Shown here piece by piece: positions 41,848-57,579 of a stretch of 64,000 nucleotides of DNA; within the stretch, counting starts at the first letter, position 1; every line of letters begins with the position of its first letter. Source of the DNA: Eledone cirrhosa (taxonomy: Eukaryota); assembly GCA_964016885.1 (NCBI GenBank), contig OZ024764.1:15004001-15068000 (forward strand). Reading direction: 5' to 3'. The notes under the pieces are model-generated. The model was not told where the DNA came from. It was given only the letters and a program-made list of their open reading frames with translations, and did no database searches. The position numbers and the translations under genes were made by a program.

Positions 41848-42395
41848 TCTGATACTACAGACGTGGTTAGAATGTCTCAGGAAAGAATCTCTGAATTGAG
41901 AGATCACAGCTCTGATACTACAGACATGTGGTTAGAATGTCTGAGGAAAGAATCTCTGGATTGAGAGATCACAGCTCTGATACTACAGACATGTGGTTAG
42001 ATTGTCTGGGAAAGAATCTCTGGATTGAGAGATCACAGCTCTGATACTACAGACATGTGGTTAGAATGTCTGAGGAAAGAATCTCTGAATTGAGAGATCA
42101 CAGCTCTGATACTACAGACATGTGGTTAGAATGTCTGAGGAAAGAATCTCTGAATTGAGAGACCACAGCTCTGATACTACAGACATGTGGTTAGAATGTC
42201 TGAGGAAAGAATCTCTGGATTGAGAGATCACAGCTCTGATACTACAGACATGTGGTTAGAATGTCTGAGGAAAGAATCTCTGAATTGAGAGACCACAGCT
42301 CTGATACTACAGACATGTGGTTAGAATGTCTGAGGAAAGAATCTCTGAATTGAAAGATCACAGCTCTGATAATGTTGGCATGTGGTTAGAAGCTA
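41848..42395 (+). repeat. 65-bp RTE-derived array (~8 copies)
   Basis: Same unit as 1-1250. Confidence 0.93.
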
Positions 42396-43303
42396 GAGAT
42401 AGCTAGAGTGTTGCTGTGTGAGAGGTAGATAGATAGTGTGTTATCACCATAGTAACTAACGAGAGAAAAAGAGGAGGAGTGAAAAGTTGTTGTTGCTGAG
42501 AAAGAAATACAGTGAGAGAGAGATAGAATGTGTGTGTGTGAAAGATAGATAAATAGTTTAAAGTATCATTTAACAATAGAGTGACATCTTAGTAATAATA
42601 ATTGACATATTTTGATATGTTTTTTTAGGAAACATTTTCTCTAAGGTTTACAGTGATGTTTTCCTTTGTTGCGTGTAAAGCATTCAACTTTCACTCCTCC
42701 TCTTTTACTCTTTTCTAAATATATGTGACAGACAGAGGGAGAAACAGATTCTCTTGTCTAATATAGATCGAGTGGTTTGCAGCATTCAAGTAGTTATTAA
42801 TGTTCAGTGAGAAGTTAATGTCAACATTATTTGAACAATTTATGAAGGTACATACATGATAAAAAAATGTTTTCACTGGCTGCTAGTGACAGGTAATGAC
42901 AGAGTATTAATAATTGTTTCTACGTGAGGCACAAGGCCAGCAATTACCCAGTGTATTACTGGTACTTTATTTTATCGACCCCGTAAGGATGAAAGGCAAT
43001 GTTAACCTCGGCGGGATTTGAACTCAGATCATAAAGGGCCGTAACTCTATGCTGCAAAGCAAGGCCTCCGATGCTCTACCGATACTGCCAATCCACCGCC
43101 CTAATAATAATAATAATAACTGTTTCTACTTTTGGCACAAGGCCAGCAATTATCCCAGCGCATTACTGGTACTTTATTTTATCGACCCCGTAAGGATGAA
43201 AGGCAAAGTTAACCTCGACGGGATTTGAACTCAGATCAGAAAGGGGTGTAACTCTGTGCTGCAAAGCCTGTTGTCCGACGCTCTACCGATACTGCCAAAC
43301 TGC

Positions 43304-43334
<31 letters not shown>

Positions 43335-43336
<2 letters not shown>

Positions 43337-44165
43337 GTGGTTGGCATCCTCTGGACTGAAATCGGAGACTGAAGGACTGATTATATCAGCACAAGATCAG
43401 TGTCTGCCAACAAAAAATTACCAAGCCAACATAATAAAAAATGGAAGCAACCCATTATGCCGAGTATGTAAAAAATAACCAGAGACCATTGATCATATAA
43501 TTTCAATGTGCAGTCCTATAGCTCCAACCGAATACCTTAAACAGGCACAACAGAGCTGCACAATACATACATTGGGTAATGTGTAAGCATTTTGACCTGC
43601 CCCATCAAAAGAATTGGTGGGAGCATCAACCACCTCCTGTACTTGAAAAAGATCACATCTCAATCTTGTGGAACTTTAGCATCCAAACAGACCGAAAAAT
43701 AGATACAAATAGACCTGATATAATACTGAAGGACTTTAAAAAGAGGGTATGCCTGCTAATTGATATGTCCGTTCCAATAGACAAGAATGTATCTATAAAA
43801 CATTTGAAAATTTGAACAAGTATAAGGACCTGGAGATAGAAATTGGAAAAATGTGGAAATTGAGAACTAAAACAATACCAGTGGTTGTAGGGGCTCTAGG
43901 AATGATACCTAAGGGGTCTAATGATTACTTATCGCAAATCCCAGGAAACCCGCATATAGGAGAAATACAAAAGATAGTACTAATGGGAACTGCCCATATA
44001 CTAAGGAAGATTCTGTCAATAGTACATCACAAGTCTAAACACTTAAAGATGCATGTGTGTGTATGTGTGTTCTTTCTTGAACATGGCGGACCTTGTTGTC
44101 TCTTGAGGTCACTGGTTGTGACTTGGTGATAACTCGTATGAACATAAAGCAAGATAAATGCAACT
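43335..44165 (+). mobile_element. 5'-truncated, frameshifted R4/Dong-like LINE (CCHC knuckle plus restriction-like endonuclease) inserted in (TAA)n
   Basis: WL..SGLKSETEGLIISAQDQ..CRVC..ETIDHIISMC..RHN..RPDIIL..LIDMSVP..KYKDL..PVVVGALG. Flanked by (TAA)n on both sides. Confidence 0.85.
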
Positions 44166-45234
44166 GTAATAATAATAATTGTTTCTACTTTTGGCACAAG
44201 GCCAGCAATTACCCCACTGTATTACTGGTACTTTATTTTATCGACCCCGTAAGGATGAAAGGCAAAGTTAACCTCAGCGGGATTTGAACTCAGATAATGA
44301 TGATGATGATGATTTCTACTATGGGCACAAAACCAACAATTTTGGGAGAGGGGGAAGTCGATTAAATTGACCCAGTGTATTACTGGTACTTTATTTTATC
44401 AACCAAGTAAGGATGAAAGGCAAAGTTAACCTTGGCAGGATTTGAACTCAGAACGTAAAGGGCCATAACTCTATGCTGAAAAGCATGGCGTCTGACGCTT
44501 TACCGATTCTGTTGCCAAACCACCGCCACTAATGAAGAAATAATGTAAAGTCAGTAGAATTAACCAGAAAACATTGAACCAAATGAAAAGTCATTTTTCC
44601 ATCTTCAATGAAGCCACAACATTCAAAAATTAAATTGGCAGATAATTATGCAGAAAATTAAAGAAAAGAAAAAACCAAACAGAACAGAGAAGAAACATCA
44701 GAAGAGATTGTGTAAAAGATAAAATCTAAATGAAAAGTAGATTTGAAGAATGGTCTATTAAAACAGTGGTTGTATAAACACCTGAGGGGCCAAAATCTGG
44801 AAAAATAAATACAAAAATTTGGTGAAGAAGCACTGAACGTAAAGGTGAGGCTGAAGATATTTGAAATAGCAGCACTAGATCAAAGAGGCCATAGAATATG
44901 TGGTGGTGGTGGCGGTGTTGATGGTGGTGTGGTGGTGGTGTTGTTGTTGTTGTTGATGTTGGTGGTGGTAGTAGTAGTAGTAGTGGTGGTGGTGGTGTTA
45001 TTAGTGGTAGTGGTGGTGGTCTGGTTGTAGTGGTGGTGGTAGTAGTGGTGGTGGTGTTGTTATTAGTGGTGGTGGTGGTGTTGATGTTAGTGGTGGTGGT
45101 GGTGGTGTAATTAGTGGTGTTGGTGGTGGTGGTGGTGGTAGGGGAAGAATATAATTTACTGCATTAATTAGTGCTGTGAAAAAGGAGGCATTAACCCTTT
45201 CAAAGAAGCCATCATAGTGCACTCTTACTGATGA

Positions 45235-45712
45235 AGGTGGAGAAGTTCAACTACCTCGGGGCTATGTTCACAAGTGATAAAAAACAGGAGGTTGAATTAA
45301 GTGCAAGAATTGCAAAACCTGGTGCAGTAATGCATCAGCTTCAGCATTCAGTAATCAGATAAGAGAGGTAGGTGTAAAAGCCAAACTCGCTATCTTCAAT
45401 TTGGTATTTGTTTAAACTCTTACCTATGGTCACCAAGCTTAGATAATCACTGAAAGAATACAATCCTGAATAAAAGCAGCCAAAGTGGGGTTCCTCTGAA
45501 GGGTCTTTGGAGTAATGTTACTCGATAGCGTGTGTAGCTTACAGGTCGGAGAGTCACTCCAGGTAGAGCTGCTACTTCTCCAACTTGAGAGACCACAGAT
45601 CTGATACTACAGACATGTGGTTAGAATGTCTGAGGAAAGAATCTCTGAATTGAGAGACCACAGCTCTGATACTACAGACATGTGGTTAGAATGTCTGAGG
45701 AAAGAATCTCTG
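45235..45712 (+). pseudogene. Old Rex3/Expander-like RTE ORF2 fragment ending in two 65-bp array units
   Basis: KVEKFNYLG...ELSARIAK...AKLAIF...TLTYGH...LLLQLERPQI*YYRHVVRM, with several stop codons. Confidence 0.75.
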
Positions 45713-45723
45713 GATATATATAC

Positions 45724-45877
<154 letters not shown>

Positions 45878-46197
45878 ATTCCTGTCATAAAAACCAGTTA
45901 TCCACTAACATATTACTGCAGGAGTGGAAAATATGATCTTGGTAAAGTGTAGTATATGCTTTACATAAATATAACTGTTTCTACTTTAGGCACAAGGCCA
46001 GCAATTATCCCAGTGTATTACTGGTACTTTATTTTATCGACCCCGTAAGGATGAAAGGCAAAGTCAACCTCGGCGGGATTTGAACTCAGACTGTAAAGGG
46101 ACGTAACTATGCTGGAAAGCATGGCGTCCGACCCTCTACCGATACTGCCAATCCACCGCCCTACATGCTTTACATAAATATAACATTTGTCTGTCAG

Positions 46198-47105
46198 TCT
46201 CTCAATTCAGAGATTCTTTCCTCATACATTCTAACCACATGTCTGTAGTATCAGAGCTGTGATCTCTCAATTCAGAGATTCTTTCCTGAGACATTCTAAC
46301 CACATGTCTGTAGTATCAGAGCTGTGATCTCTCAATTCGGAGATTCTTTCTTGAGACATTCTAACCACATGTCTGTAGTATCAGAGCTGTGATCTCTCAA
46401 TTCAGAGATTCTTTCCTGAGACATTCTAACCACATGTCTGTAGTATCAGAGCTGTGATCTCTCAATTCGGAGATTCTTTCTTGAGACATTCTAACCACAT
46501 GTCTGTAGTATCAGAGCTGTGATCTCTCAATTCGGAGATTCTTTCTTGAGACATTCTAACCACATGTCTGTAGTATCAGAGCTGTGATCTCTCAATTCAG
46601 AGATTCTTTCCTCAGACATTCTAACCACATGTCTGTAGTATCAGAGCTGTGATCTCTCAATCCAGAGATTCTTTCCTGAGACATTCTAACCACATGTCTG
46701 TAGTATCAGAGCTGTAATCTCTCAATTCAGAGATTCTTTCCTCAGACATTCTAACCACATGTCTGTAGTATCAGAGCTGTGATCTCTCAATCCAGAGATT
46801 CTTTCCTGAGACATTCTAACCACATGTCTGTAGTATCAGAGCTGTAATCTCTCAATTCAGAGATTCTTTCCTCAGACATTCTAACCACATGTCTGTAGTA
46901 TCAGAGCTGTAATCTCTCAATTCAGAGATTCTTTCCTCAGACATTCTAACCACATGTCTGTAGTATCAGAGCTGTAATCTCTCAATTCAGAGATTCTTTC
47001 CTCAGACATTCTAACCACATGTCTGTAGTATCAGAGCTGTGATCTCTCAATTCAGAGGTTCTTTCCTCAGACATTCTAACCACATGTCTGTAGTATTAGA
47101 GCTGT
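46198..47105 (-). repeat. 65-bp RTE-derived array (~14 copies), inverted orientation
   Basis: Reverse complement of the unit at 1-1250. Confidence 0.93.
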
Positions 47106-47840
47106 ATGATGCGTGTATCCAAACAGCAATGTTACATGGTAGTGAGACCTGGGCGCTGAAGGTGGAAGACTTACGTAGATTAGAGAGAAACGAAGCCTGC
47201 ATGCTCCGATGGATGTGTAACAGTAAAATACGAGAACGACAAAGCATAAATGAATTGAGAGAGAGACTGAGCATAAGAGGAATCAAATGCTGTGTGCAGG
47301 AGAGGCGGTTGCTCTGGTATGGACATTTGATGCGTATGAAGGATGACAGCTGCATAAAAAGGTGCAGAGCACTAGAAGTTGATGGAAACCGCGGAGTGGG
47401 GAGACCCAAGATGACCTGGGATGAGGTGATAAAAGCCGACCATACCCAATTACACCTCTCAAAGGCAATGACACACGACCGTGACTTCTGGCGTCACGCA
47501 GTAATACAGGGTACCCGACCTCCCATGGGTACAAGCTGAAGCATATAGACAATATGCCCCCACACACCCCCACTGCAAGGTGGTCGTGGAGGTGCCACGG
47601 CAAAAAAGCACCCAGCCCACACTGTAAAGTGGACGTGTAGGCGCCACGAAAAAACACCCAGCACTCACTGTAAATGAGGTTGGTGTTAGGAAGGGCATCC
47701 AGCTGTAGAAATCAAGCCAGAATCAGTTCCTGTATGAGCAAGACAAGGTCAGTCGACCAGACACTGCCCACAACAGGACAACCCGTCTAACCCATGCTAG
47801 CATGGAAGAACGGACGTAAAATGGTGATGATGATGATGAT
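47103..47840 (+). mobile_element. RTE LINE 3' fragment joined directly to the 65-bp array
   Basis: LYDACIQTAMLHGSETW...GRPKMTW plus 3' UTR and (TGA)n tail. Confidence 0.9.
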
Positions 47841-47846
47841 GATATA

Positions 47847-47921
<75 letters not shown>

Positions 47922-48159
47922 TCATATATATACATATATATATCATCATTTTTTTCATCATTTCATTCTACGTCCGCTTTTTGTATATGTATATATATAT
48001 ATGTATATATATGTGTATATATACATATATATATGTATGTATATATATATATATATATATATACATATATATATGTATGTATATATATATACATATATAT
48101 ATGTATGTATATATATATATTTATATACAATCATACACAACTGTGTATATTTATATATC

Positions 48160-48192
<33 letters not shown>

Positions 48193-48309
48193 ATATATAT
48201 ATATACATGTGAAAGAGAGAGAGTAAGAGAAAGAAAGAGAGTTAGTGAGATAGAAAGAGAAAGTTAGAAAGAGTAAGAAAGAGAGAGAGAGAGAGAAGGA
48301 AGGAGGGAA

Positions 48310-48341
<32 letters not shown>

Positions 48342-48559
48342 AAAGAAAGAAACAGAGAGAGAGAAAAGAAAGGAAAGAGAGTTAGAGAGAAAGAGAGTTA
48401 GAGAGAGAGAGAGAGAGAGAGTTAGAGAGATAGAAAGAGAGAGAAGGAGAGAGAAGGAGGGGGCTTATAACAGACAGAACACTTTTGTAGTAAACGGTAC
48501 CAGATAAAAAGACCCTGTGAAGACTGGCAGTGTATTTTAATGGATTATAGAACCCCACC

Positions 48560-48614
48560 ACAATAACAACAACATCCAACACCACCACCACACCACCATT
48601 AGTACCCCTACACC

Positions 48615-48645
<31 letters not shown>

Positions 48646-49540
48646 CAGCAACCTCACCAACAACCACAATACTACCCACACCCAACACCGCCACCACCAA
48701 CAACACCGCCACCTCCACCACCACCAACAACACCACCACCTCCACCACCACCACCAACAACACCGCCACCTCCACCACCACCAACAACACCGCCAACTCC
48801 ACCACCACCGCCACCTCCACCACCGCCACCTCCACCACCACCACCAACAACTCCACCACCACCACCAACAACAACACCGCCACCTCCACCACCACCACCA
48901 ACACCACCAACTCCACCACCACCACCACCAACAACACCGCCACCTCCACCACCACCACCAACAACTCCACCACCACCACCAACAACAACACCGCCACCTC
49001 CACCACCACCACCAACACCACCAACTCCACCACCACCACCAACAACACCGCCACCTCCACCACCACCAACTCCACCACCACCACCACCAACAACACCGCC
49101 ACCTCCACCACCACCACCAACAACTCCACCACCACCACCAACAACACCGCCACCTCCACCACCACCACCAACACCACCAACTCCACCACCACCACCACCA
49201 ACAACACCGCCACCTCCACCACCACCACCAACAACTCCACCACCACCACCAACAACAACACCGCCAGCACCACCAACACCACCAACACCACCAACTCCAC
49301 CACCACCACCACCAACAACTCCACCACCAACACCAACACCCCCAAGCCCACCACCACCAACAACCCCCCCCCCCCCCCCCCCCCACCAACAACAACAACC
49401 CCCCCACCCCAACAACACCCCCCCCCCCCACCCACCAACACCAACACCACCAGCACCACCAACACCACCACCACCACCACAACCCCCCCCCCCCCACCAC
49501 CACCACCACCACCACCAACAACAACATCAACAACAACAAC
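48560..49540 (+). repeat. (CCA/ACA)n compound trinucleotide repeat
   Basis: Direct reading. Confidence 0.95.
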
Positions 49541-49853
49541 ATCAATTTTAAATTTTTCGGTTTTTACAAAAGAAAAGAGAATTCTCAGTCCTGAGATTTC
49601 TGTCTTACAACTTTAACTTGTCTGTTTTTATGGTTGTTGGTCTGCCACGACCCTGCTGGAGCACTATCTGTTGTATTGATTTCTGATCAATCTTATCGTT
49701 ATTTTATTGATTTCCAAATACTGATATATATATATATATTCTGGAGTTTTTTTGTGTTTTTTTTATTGATTGATTTTGATTTTATATATATATATATATA
49801 ATATATATATATAATATATATATATATACACATACACACATACATATATATAT

Positions 49854-49911
<58 letters not shown>

Positions 49912-50363
49912 GCACATACATATATACATATATATACACACATATATATATACACATACACACATACATATATATATACACATATATATATATATACATA
50001 CGCACATACATATATACATATATATACACACATATATATATATACATACACACATACATATATATATACACATATATATATATACATACGCACATACATA
50101 TATACATATATATACACACATATATATATACACATACACACATACATATATATATACACATATATATATATATATATACATACGCACATACATATATACA
50201 TATATATACACACATATATATATACACATACATATATACATATACATATATATATATATATATATATACACATACATATATATATATACACATATACATA
50301 CATATATATACACATATACATACACACATACATATATATATATATATATACACATATACATAC

Positions 50364-50422
<59 letters not shown>

Positions 50423-51553
50423 CAAACATATATACACGCACACAACCAGAGTGAGAAGGCCCTGGATTTTGGATACACACACACTCACACATATACACAC
50501 TCACATACACACACACGCATATACACACACACAGAGTATAGCTTGATTTGTTAAAAACAGCAGCTAAATCTCCTTCACATGAAAACTTATAGAGATTTCC
50601 CTCCCCAAAAGAACAATAGAAAATAAAAAGAAGAATCTAAAGAAAGAAGGAAGATACAAATCGTTGACTTACTGTTTGGTCATGGTTGGAGTACTTTTAT
50701 TTATAAGCCTGTAGTTGGCCAGCAGCTGAAGAGGTTTTTTCATAAAGGCTGGAAGGTAAGTTGAAAATTTTTAATTTGGAAGTTTTCAGCACAGAAATGT
50801 ATTGATCCGTCCATCCTTTGTGTGAAAGCTATGGCGAAAGAGGTTGTATGGTGGACAAGGTTGAAAGGGCTGAGGTCAGACACCTTTCTCTCCGGCCAAC
50901 AACTGATTCTTTTTTTTCAAATACCACTTTGGAAGAAGAATCAGGATGGAGAGAGAGGTGCTGTACCCCAGGATGGAGAGAGAGGTGCTGTACCCCAGCA
51001 AGTTTTATGAAAGGTGGGTGAAAGTGGCGAGAATGGCCCGAGTGAATGGGCCTTCTCTCTATATCAGCCTGTAGGTTGAGGAAAAGGAGGAGAAGAGCAA
51101 AGGAGTACAAACTCTTCGTATTCCTGGAGATGAGGGTTGCACATTTATTTCGGGGGTATGTGTTACCCATATAAACTGTCTCCCCCTATTGGGGAAAATC
51201 GACTAATTTTTTCAATTGCATTTGTGATAACGTTTTACACGTTTTTATTGTATGTAAACTTCCCCCTTTGTATTTGTCCCCTTCTTTTGTGCCCCTGTGG
51301 CTAATAAAGAAACATATCTATCTATCTAAATTTTATGAAAGGTGGGTGAGTGGCGAGAATGGCCCGAGTGAATGGGCCTTCTCTCTATATCAGCCTGTAG
51401 GTTGAGGAAAAAGGGGAAGAGAGGAAAGGGGTACAAACTCTTCGTACTCCTGGAGCTGAGGGTTGCACATTTTTTCATTTTTTCAGGGGTATGTGTTACC
51501 CATATGTAATGTCTCCCCCCTATTGGAGAAAATCGATTCATTTTTAAATTGCA

Positions 51554-51593
<40 letters not shown>

Positions 51594-51654
51594 CGTGTGC
51601 GTGTGCATGTATATATATATATATATATATATGCGCGCGCGCGTGTGCGTGTGC

Positions 51655-51688
<34 letters not shown>

Positions 51689-52272
51689 AGGCACATGGCT
51701 TAGTAGTTAGAGCATTGGGTTTGCAATCGAAAGGTTGTGAGTTCAATTCTCAGACCGAGTGATGTGTTGTTTCCTTGAGCAAGACCCTTTATTTCACATT
51801 GCTCCAGTTTAGTCAGCTGTAGAAATGAGATGATAGGGACCGGGCTCCCTATCATTCCACTGTAAAGTGGTCGTGGAGGTGCCACGGCAAAAAAGCACCC
51901 AGCACTCACTGTAAATGAGGTTGGTGTTAGGAAGGGCATCCAGCTGTAGAGATCAAGCCAGAATCAGTTCCCGTCCCACCCTTGCAAGCAGGGAATAAGC
52001 GGACGTAAAATGAAATGATGATGATGATGATGATGATATATATCTTTGTGTATCTACCATAATTTTTGTTGTATGTATAGCTGGTACCTTCCGTAGGTTT
52101 TCTTGGTGTCACACTTTATAACTACAGTGTTAACCCCGGACTCATCATCATCATCGACACCGTTTTTACATCCGTTCTTCCACGCTAGCATGGGTTAGAC
52201 GGGTTGTCCTGTTGTGGGCAGTGTCCGGTCAGCTGACCTTGTCTTGCTCATACGGGAACTGATCTGGCTTGA

Positions 52273-53445
52273 TTTCTACAGCTGGATGCTCTTCCTAACA
52301 CCAACCTCATTTACAGTGAGTGCTGGGTGCTTTTTTGCCGTGGCACCTCCACGACCACTTTGCAGTGGAATGATAGGGACCTCAGTCCCTATCATCTCAT
52401 TTCTACAGCTGGATGCTCTTCCTAACACCAACCTCATTTACAGTGAGTGCTGGGTGCTTTTTTGCCGTGGCACCTCCACGACCACTTTGCAGTGGAATGA
52501 TAGGGACCTCAGTCCCTATCATCTCATTTCTACAGCTGGATGCTCTTCCTAACACCAACCTCATTTACAGTGAGTGCTGGGTGCTTTTTTGCCGTGGCAC
52601 CTCCACGACCACTTTGCAGTGGAATGATAGGGACCTCAGTCCCTATCATCTCATTTCTACAGCTGGATGCTCTTCCTAACACCAACCTCATTTACAGTGA
52701 GTGCTGGGTGCTTTTTTGCCGTGGCACCTCCACGACCACTTTGCAGTGGAATGATAGGGACCTCAGTCCCTATCATCTCATTTCTACAGCTGGATGCTCT
52801 TCCTAACACCAACCTCATTTACAGTGAGTGCTGGGTGCTTTTTTGCCGTGGCACCTCCACGACCACTTTGCAGTGGAATGATAGGGACCCCAGTCCCTAT
52901 CATCTCATTTCTACAGCTGGATGCCCTTCCTAACACCAACCTCATTTACAGTGAGTGCTGGGTGCTTTTTTGCCGTGGCACCTCCACGACCACTTTGCAG
53001 TGGAATGATAGGGACCTCAGTCCCTATCATCTCATTTCTACAGCTGGATGCTCTTCCTAACACCAACCTCATTTACAGTGAGTGCTGGGTGCTTTTTTGC
53101 CGTGGCACCTCCACGACCACTTTGCAGTGGAATGATAGGGACCTCAGTCCCTATCATCTCATTTCTACAGCTGGATGCTCTTCCTAACACCAACCTCATT
53201 TACAGTGAGTGCTGGGTGCTTTTTTGCCGTGGCACCTCCACGACCACTTTGCAGTGGAATGATAGGGACCCCAGTCCCTATCATCTCATTTCTACAGCTG
53301 GATGCTCTTCCTAACACCAACCTCATTTACAGTGAGTGCTGGGTGCTTTTTTGCCGTGGCACCTCCACGACCACTTTGCAGTGGAATGATAGGGACCCCA
53401 GTCCCTATCATCTCATTTCTACAGCTGAGTAAACTGGAGCAATGT
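52273..53445 (-). repeat. 127-bp tandem array (~9 copies) formed inside an S1 SINE
   Basis: Unit bounded by ATTTCTACAGCTG. The SINE tail lies to the left (52143-52272) and CORE sequence to the right. Confidence 0.93.
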
Positions 53446-53662
53446 GAAAAATAAAGATGTTTGAAAACCACAGATCTGTAAAAGCAAGGAATGGTCTCCA
53501 CACCTGACTAGTATTATAGCGTGACAACCTGTCTCACCCAACCAAGCATGGAAATGGACATTAAAGAATGATGCTGGTGATTCATATATATACATATATA
53601 GGAAAAGGTTCAGGACCCCGACGGCAGAGCTCAGCCGTTTCAACGGCTATTTCTGGACTGAA

Positions 53663-53719
<57 letters not shown>

Positions 53720-53834
53720 CATATCCTTGCCAGCAGGGAAAAGCAGGCATAAAATGATGATAATGATATACATGTATCATCATCATCCTCGTTTAATGTC
53801 CACTTTCCCCGCTAGCATGGGTTAGACAGTATAT

Positions 53835-53966
<132 letters not shown>

Positions 53967-54016
53967 ATATATATATATATATACATGTATATATGTATAT
54001 ATATATATACACATAT

Positions 54017-54067
<51 letters not shown>

Positions 54068-54090
54068 TATATATATATATATACACATAT

Positions 54091-54259
<169 letters not shown>

Positions 54260-54278
54260 CATGTATATATATATATAT

Positions 54279-54342
<64 letters not shown>

Positions 54343-54365
54343 ATATGTGTATATATATATATATA

Positions 54366-54398
<33 letters not shown>

Positions 54399-54474
54399 GT
54401 GTATATATGTGTATATATATATATACATATATACATGTATATATATATATATATACATGTATATATATATATAT

Positions 54475-54518
<44 letters not shown>

Positions 54519-54541
54519 ATATGTGTATATATATATATATA

Positions 54542-54608
<67 letters not shown>

Positions 54609-54754
54609 TGTCTAACCCATGCTAGCGTGGAAAGTGGACATTAAACGAGGATGATGATGATACATGTATATCATTATCATCATTTTATACATATATATAT
54701 ATATATATATACATGTATATATATATATATATATACATGTATATATATATATAT

Positions 54755-54794
<40 letters not shown>

Positions 54795-54812
54795 ATATAT
54801 ATACATATATAT

Positions 54813-54869
<57 letters not shown>

Positions 54870-54994
54870 TATATATATAGATATATATATATAGATATAT
54901 ATATATGTATATATGTATGTATACAAACACACACACACATATATATACCAAAATAGAATTAATATATCATAAATACAGAAGTGAAGTACATGTA

Positions 54995-55340
54995 TATCAT
55001 CATCATCATCATCATCATCAACGTTTAACGTCCGTGTTCCACGCTTGCATGGGTTTGGACGGGGGTAGTCCCACTTGAGGCAAGAGTGATTGTCTTGCTC
55101 GCATAGGACTGTCTGGCAGGTTTTCTACAGTTGGATGCCCTTCCTAACACCAACCACATTTACAGTGTGGGTCTGGGAGGTTTTTACCGTGTTACCTACA
55201 CGGCTACATTACAGCGTGGACTGTGTGTTTTTTTGTCGTGACACCTACACGATCTCATTTGTTTCGGCCTGGATGGCGCGGCACCAACATAACTTTACAT
55301 AGAACGGGGTGGTGTGGATGGGGTGGGGGGGGTGGCGGGA

Positions 55341-55345
<5 letters not shown>
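54995..55345 (-). mobile_element. RTE-type 3' UTR element containing the single-copy monomer of the 48-bp array
   Basis: GGGAGGTTTTTACCGTGTTACCTACA matches the array unit. (CAT)n tail. Related copies at 4988-5260 and 40500-40660. Confidence 0.8.
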
Positions 55346-55386
<41 letters not shown>

Positions 55387-55404
55387 ATATATATACATAT
55401 ATAT

Positions 55405-55467
<63 letters not shown>

Positions 55468-56109
55468 TATATATATATGTATATATGTATGTATACAAAC
55501 ACACACACACATATATATACCAAAATAGAATTGATATATCATAAATACAGAAGTGAAGTGTGCTCAATGCCTAAAGACACAATATTAAATATTAAAGTAG
55601 AATCAACCATTATTACTTTCGTCTGAAGAGTACATAAATCTTATTTATTCCTTCCATAACACTGTGACAGGAATAAAATGTGATTATAAGAGTCTTGTTT
55701 TCTACATCATATCATCATCATCACCATCACCATTTTACATCCGTTCTTCCACGCTAGCATGGGTTAGACGGGTTGTCCTGTTGTGGGCAGTGTCTGGTCG
55801 GCTGACCATGCCTTGCTCATACAGGAACTGATTCTGGCTTGATTTCTACAGCTGGATGCCCTTCCTAACACCAACCTCATTTACAGTGAGTGCTGGGTGC
55901 TTTTTTGCCATGGCACCTCCACGACCACTTTGCAGTGGAATGATAGGGACCCCAGTCCCTATCATCTCATTTCTACAGCTGAGTAAACTGGAGCAATGTG
56001 AAATAAAGTGTCTTGCTCAAGGAAACAACACATCACCCGGTCTGAGAATTGAACTCACAACCTTTCGATTGCAAGGCTATTGCTCTAACCACTAAGCCAT
56101 GTGCCTCCA

Positions 56110-56234
<125 letters not shown>

Positions 56235-56651
56235 CATCATCATCATCACCATTTTACGTCCGTTCTTCCACGCTAGCATGGGTTAGACGGGTTGTCCTGT
56301 TGTGGGCAGTGTCTGGTCAGCTGACCTTGTCTTGCTCATACAGGAACTGATTTGGCTTGATTTCTACAGCTGGATGCCCTTCCTAACACCAACCTCATTT
56401 ACAGTGAGTGCTGGGTGCTTTTTTGTGGCGCCTACACGTCCACTTTTCAGTGTGGGCTGGGTTCTTTTTTGCCGTGGCACCTCCACGACCACCTTGCGGT
56501 GGGGGGTGTGGGGGCATATTGTCTATATGCTTCAGCTTGTACCCATGGGAGGTCGGGTACTCTGTATTACTGCGTGACGTCAATATATATATATATATAG
56601 ATAGATATGTTTGTTGTGTATAACAGTATGTATATATATATTATATATATA

Positions 56652-56720
<69 letters not shown>

Positions 56721-56994
56721 ATATATACACACACAGTAATTGTTTAATCTTCGTATACATCTATTGTAAAAGTCCTTTGTGGTTTCTGTAAGCCATAGGC
56801 TTTGGAGATGGGAGAGCTGTAGTAAGGGAGGTAATAAGTAGGTAGTGTTATTGAAGATAGGTACAGGGTGAGAGGAGGGAGACTGGAGAGAAGGGGGAGA
56901 TGGATGGGAGAGATAGTAAGATAAATGTGTGTGTGTGTAAGTGTTTGTACATATAAATATATATATGTGTGTGTGTAAGTGTTTGTACATATAA

Positions 56995-57050
<56 letters not shown>

Positions 57051-57128
57051 AAACACCCATACATATAAGCAGGAAAAAGCGGATGTATGATGATTATATA
57101 TATGTATGTGTATATATATATATATGTA

Positions 57129-57182
<54 letters not shown>

Positions 57183-57223
57183 TATAGAATATGAATGAGA
57201 GAGAGAGAGAAGGAAAGAGAGTG

Positions 57224-57259
<36 letters not shown>

Positions 57260-57579
57260 GGGAGAGAGAGTATTTATCAGAATTTAGTGTGCTGCTGTTA
57301 TGGCAACAAGACCTAACTAATCGCTAACATGGTTTACAGACTCACTGACTTCATTAGTCAGTACTTTTCTCTCCTGTGCCAGCATCTGCTGGTCCTGTGG
57401 TTAGGCAGTTATTGTATGGTAATGGAGTGTAGCGTTTTGTTCTTGAGTCAAACATGTTTAATTTAAATGTTACCCTACTCAGCTTAACTGATAATGAATA
57501 CCAGCTGTATATGGGAGGATTTAACCCACAATGGACTGGCGTCTTGTCCCTGGGGAAGTGTTATACTCTAAATCATTTA

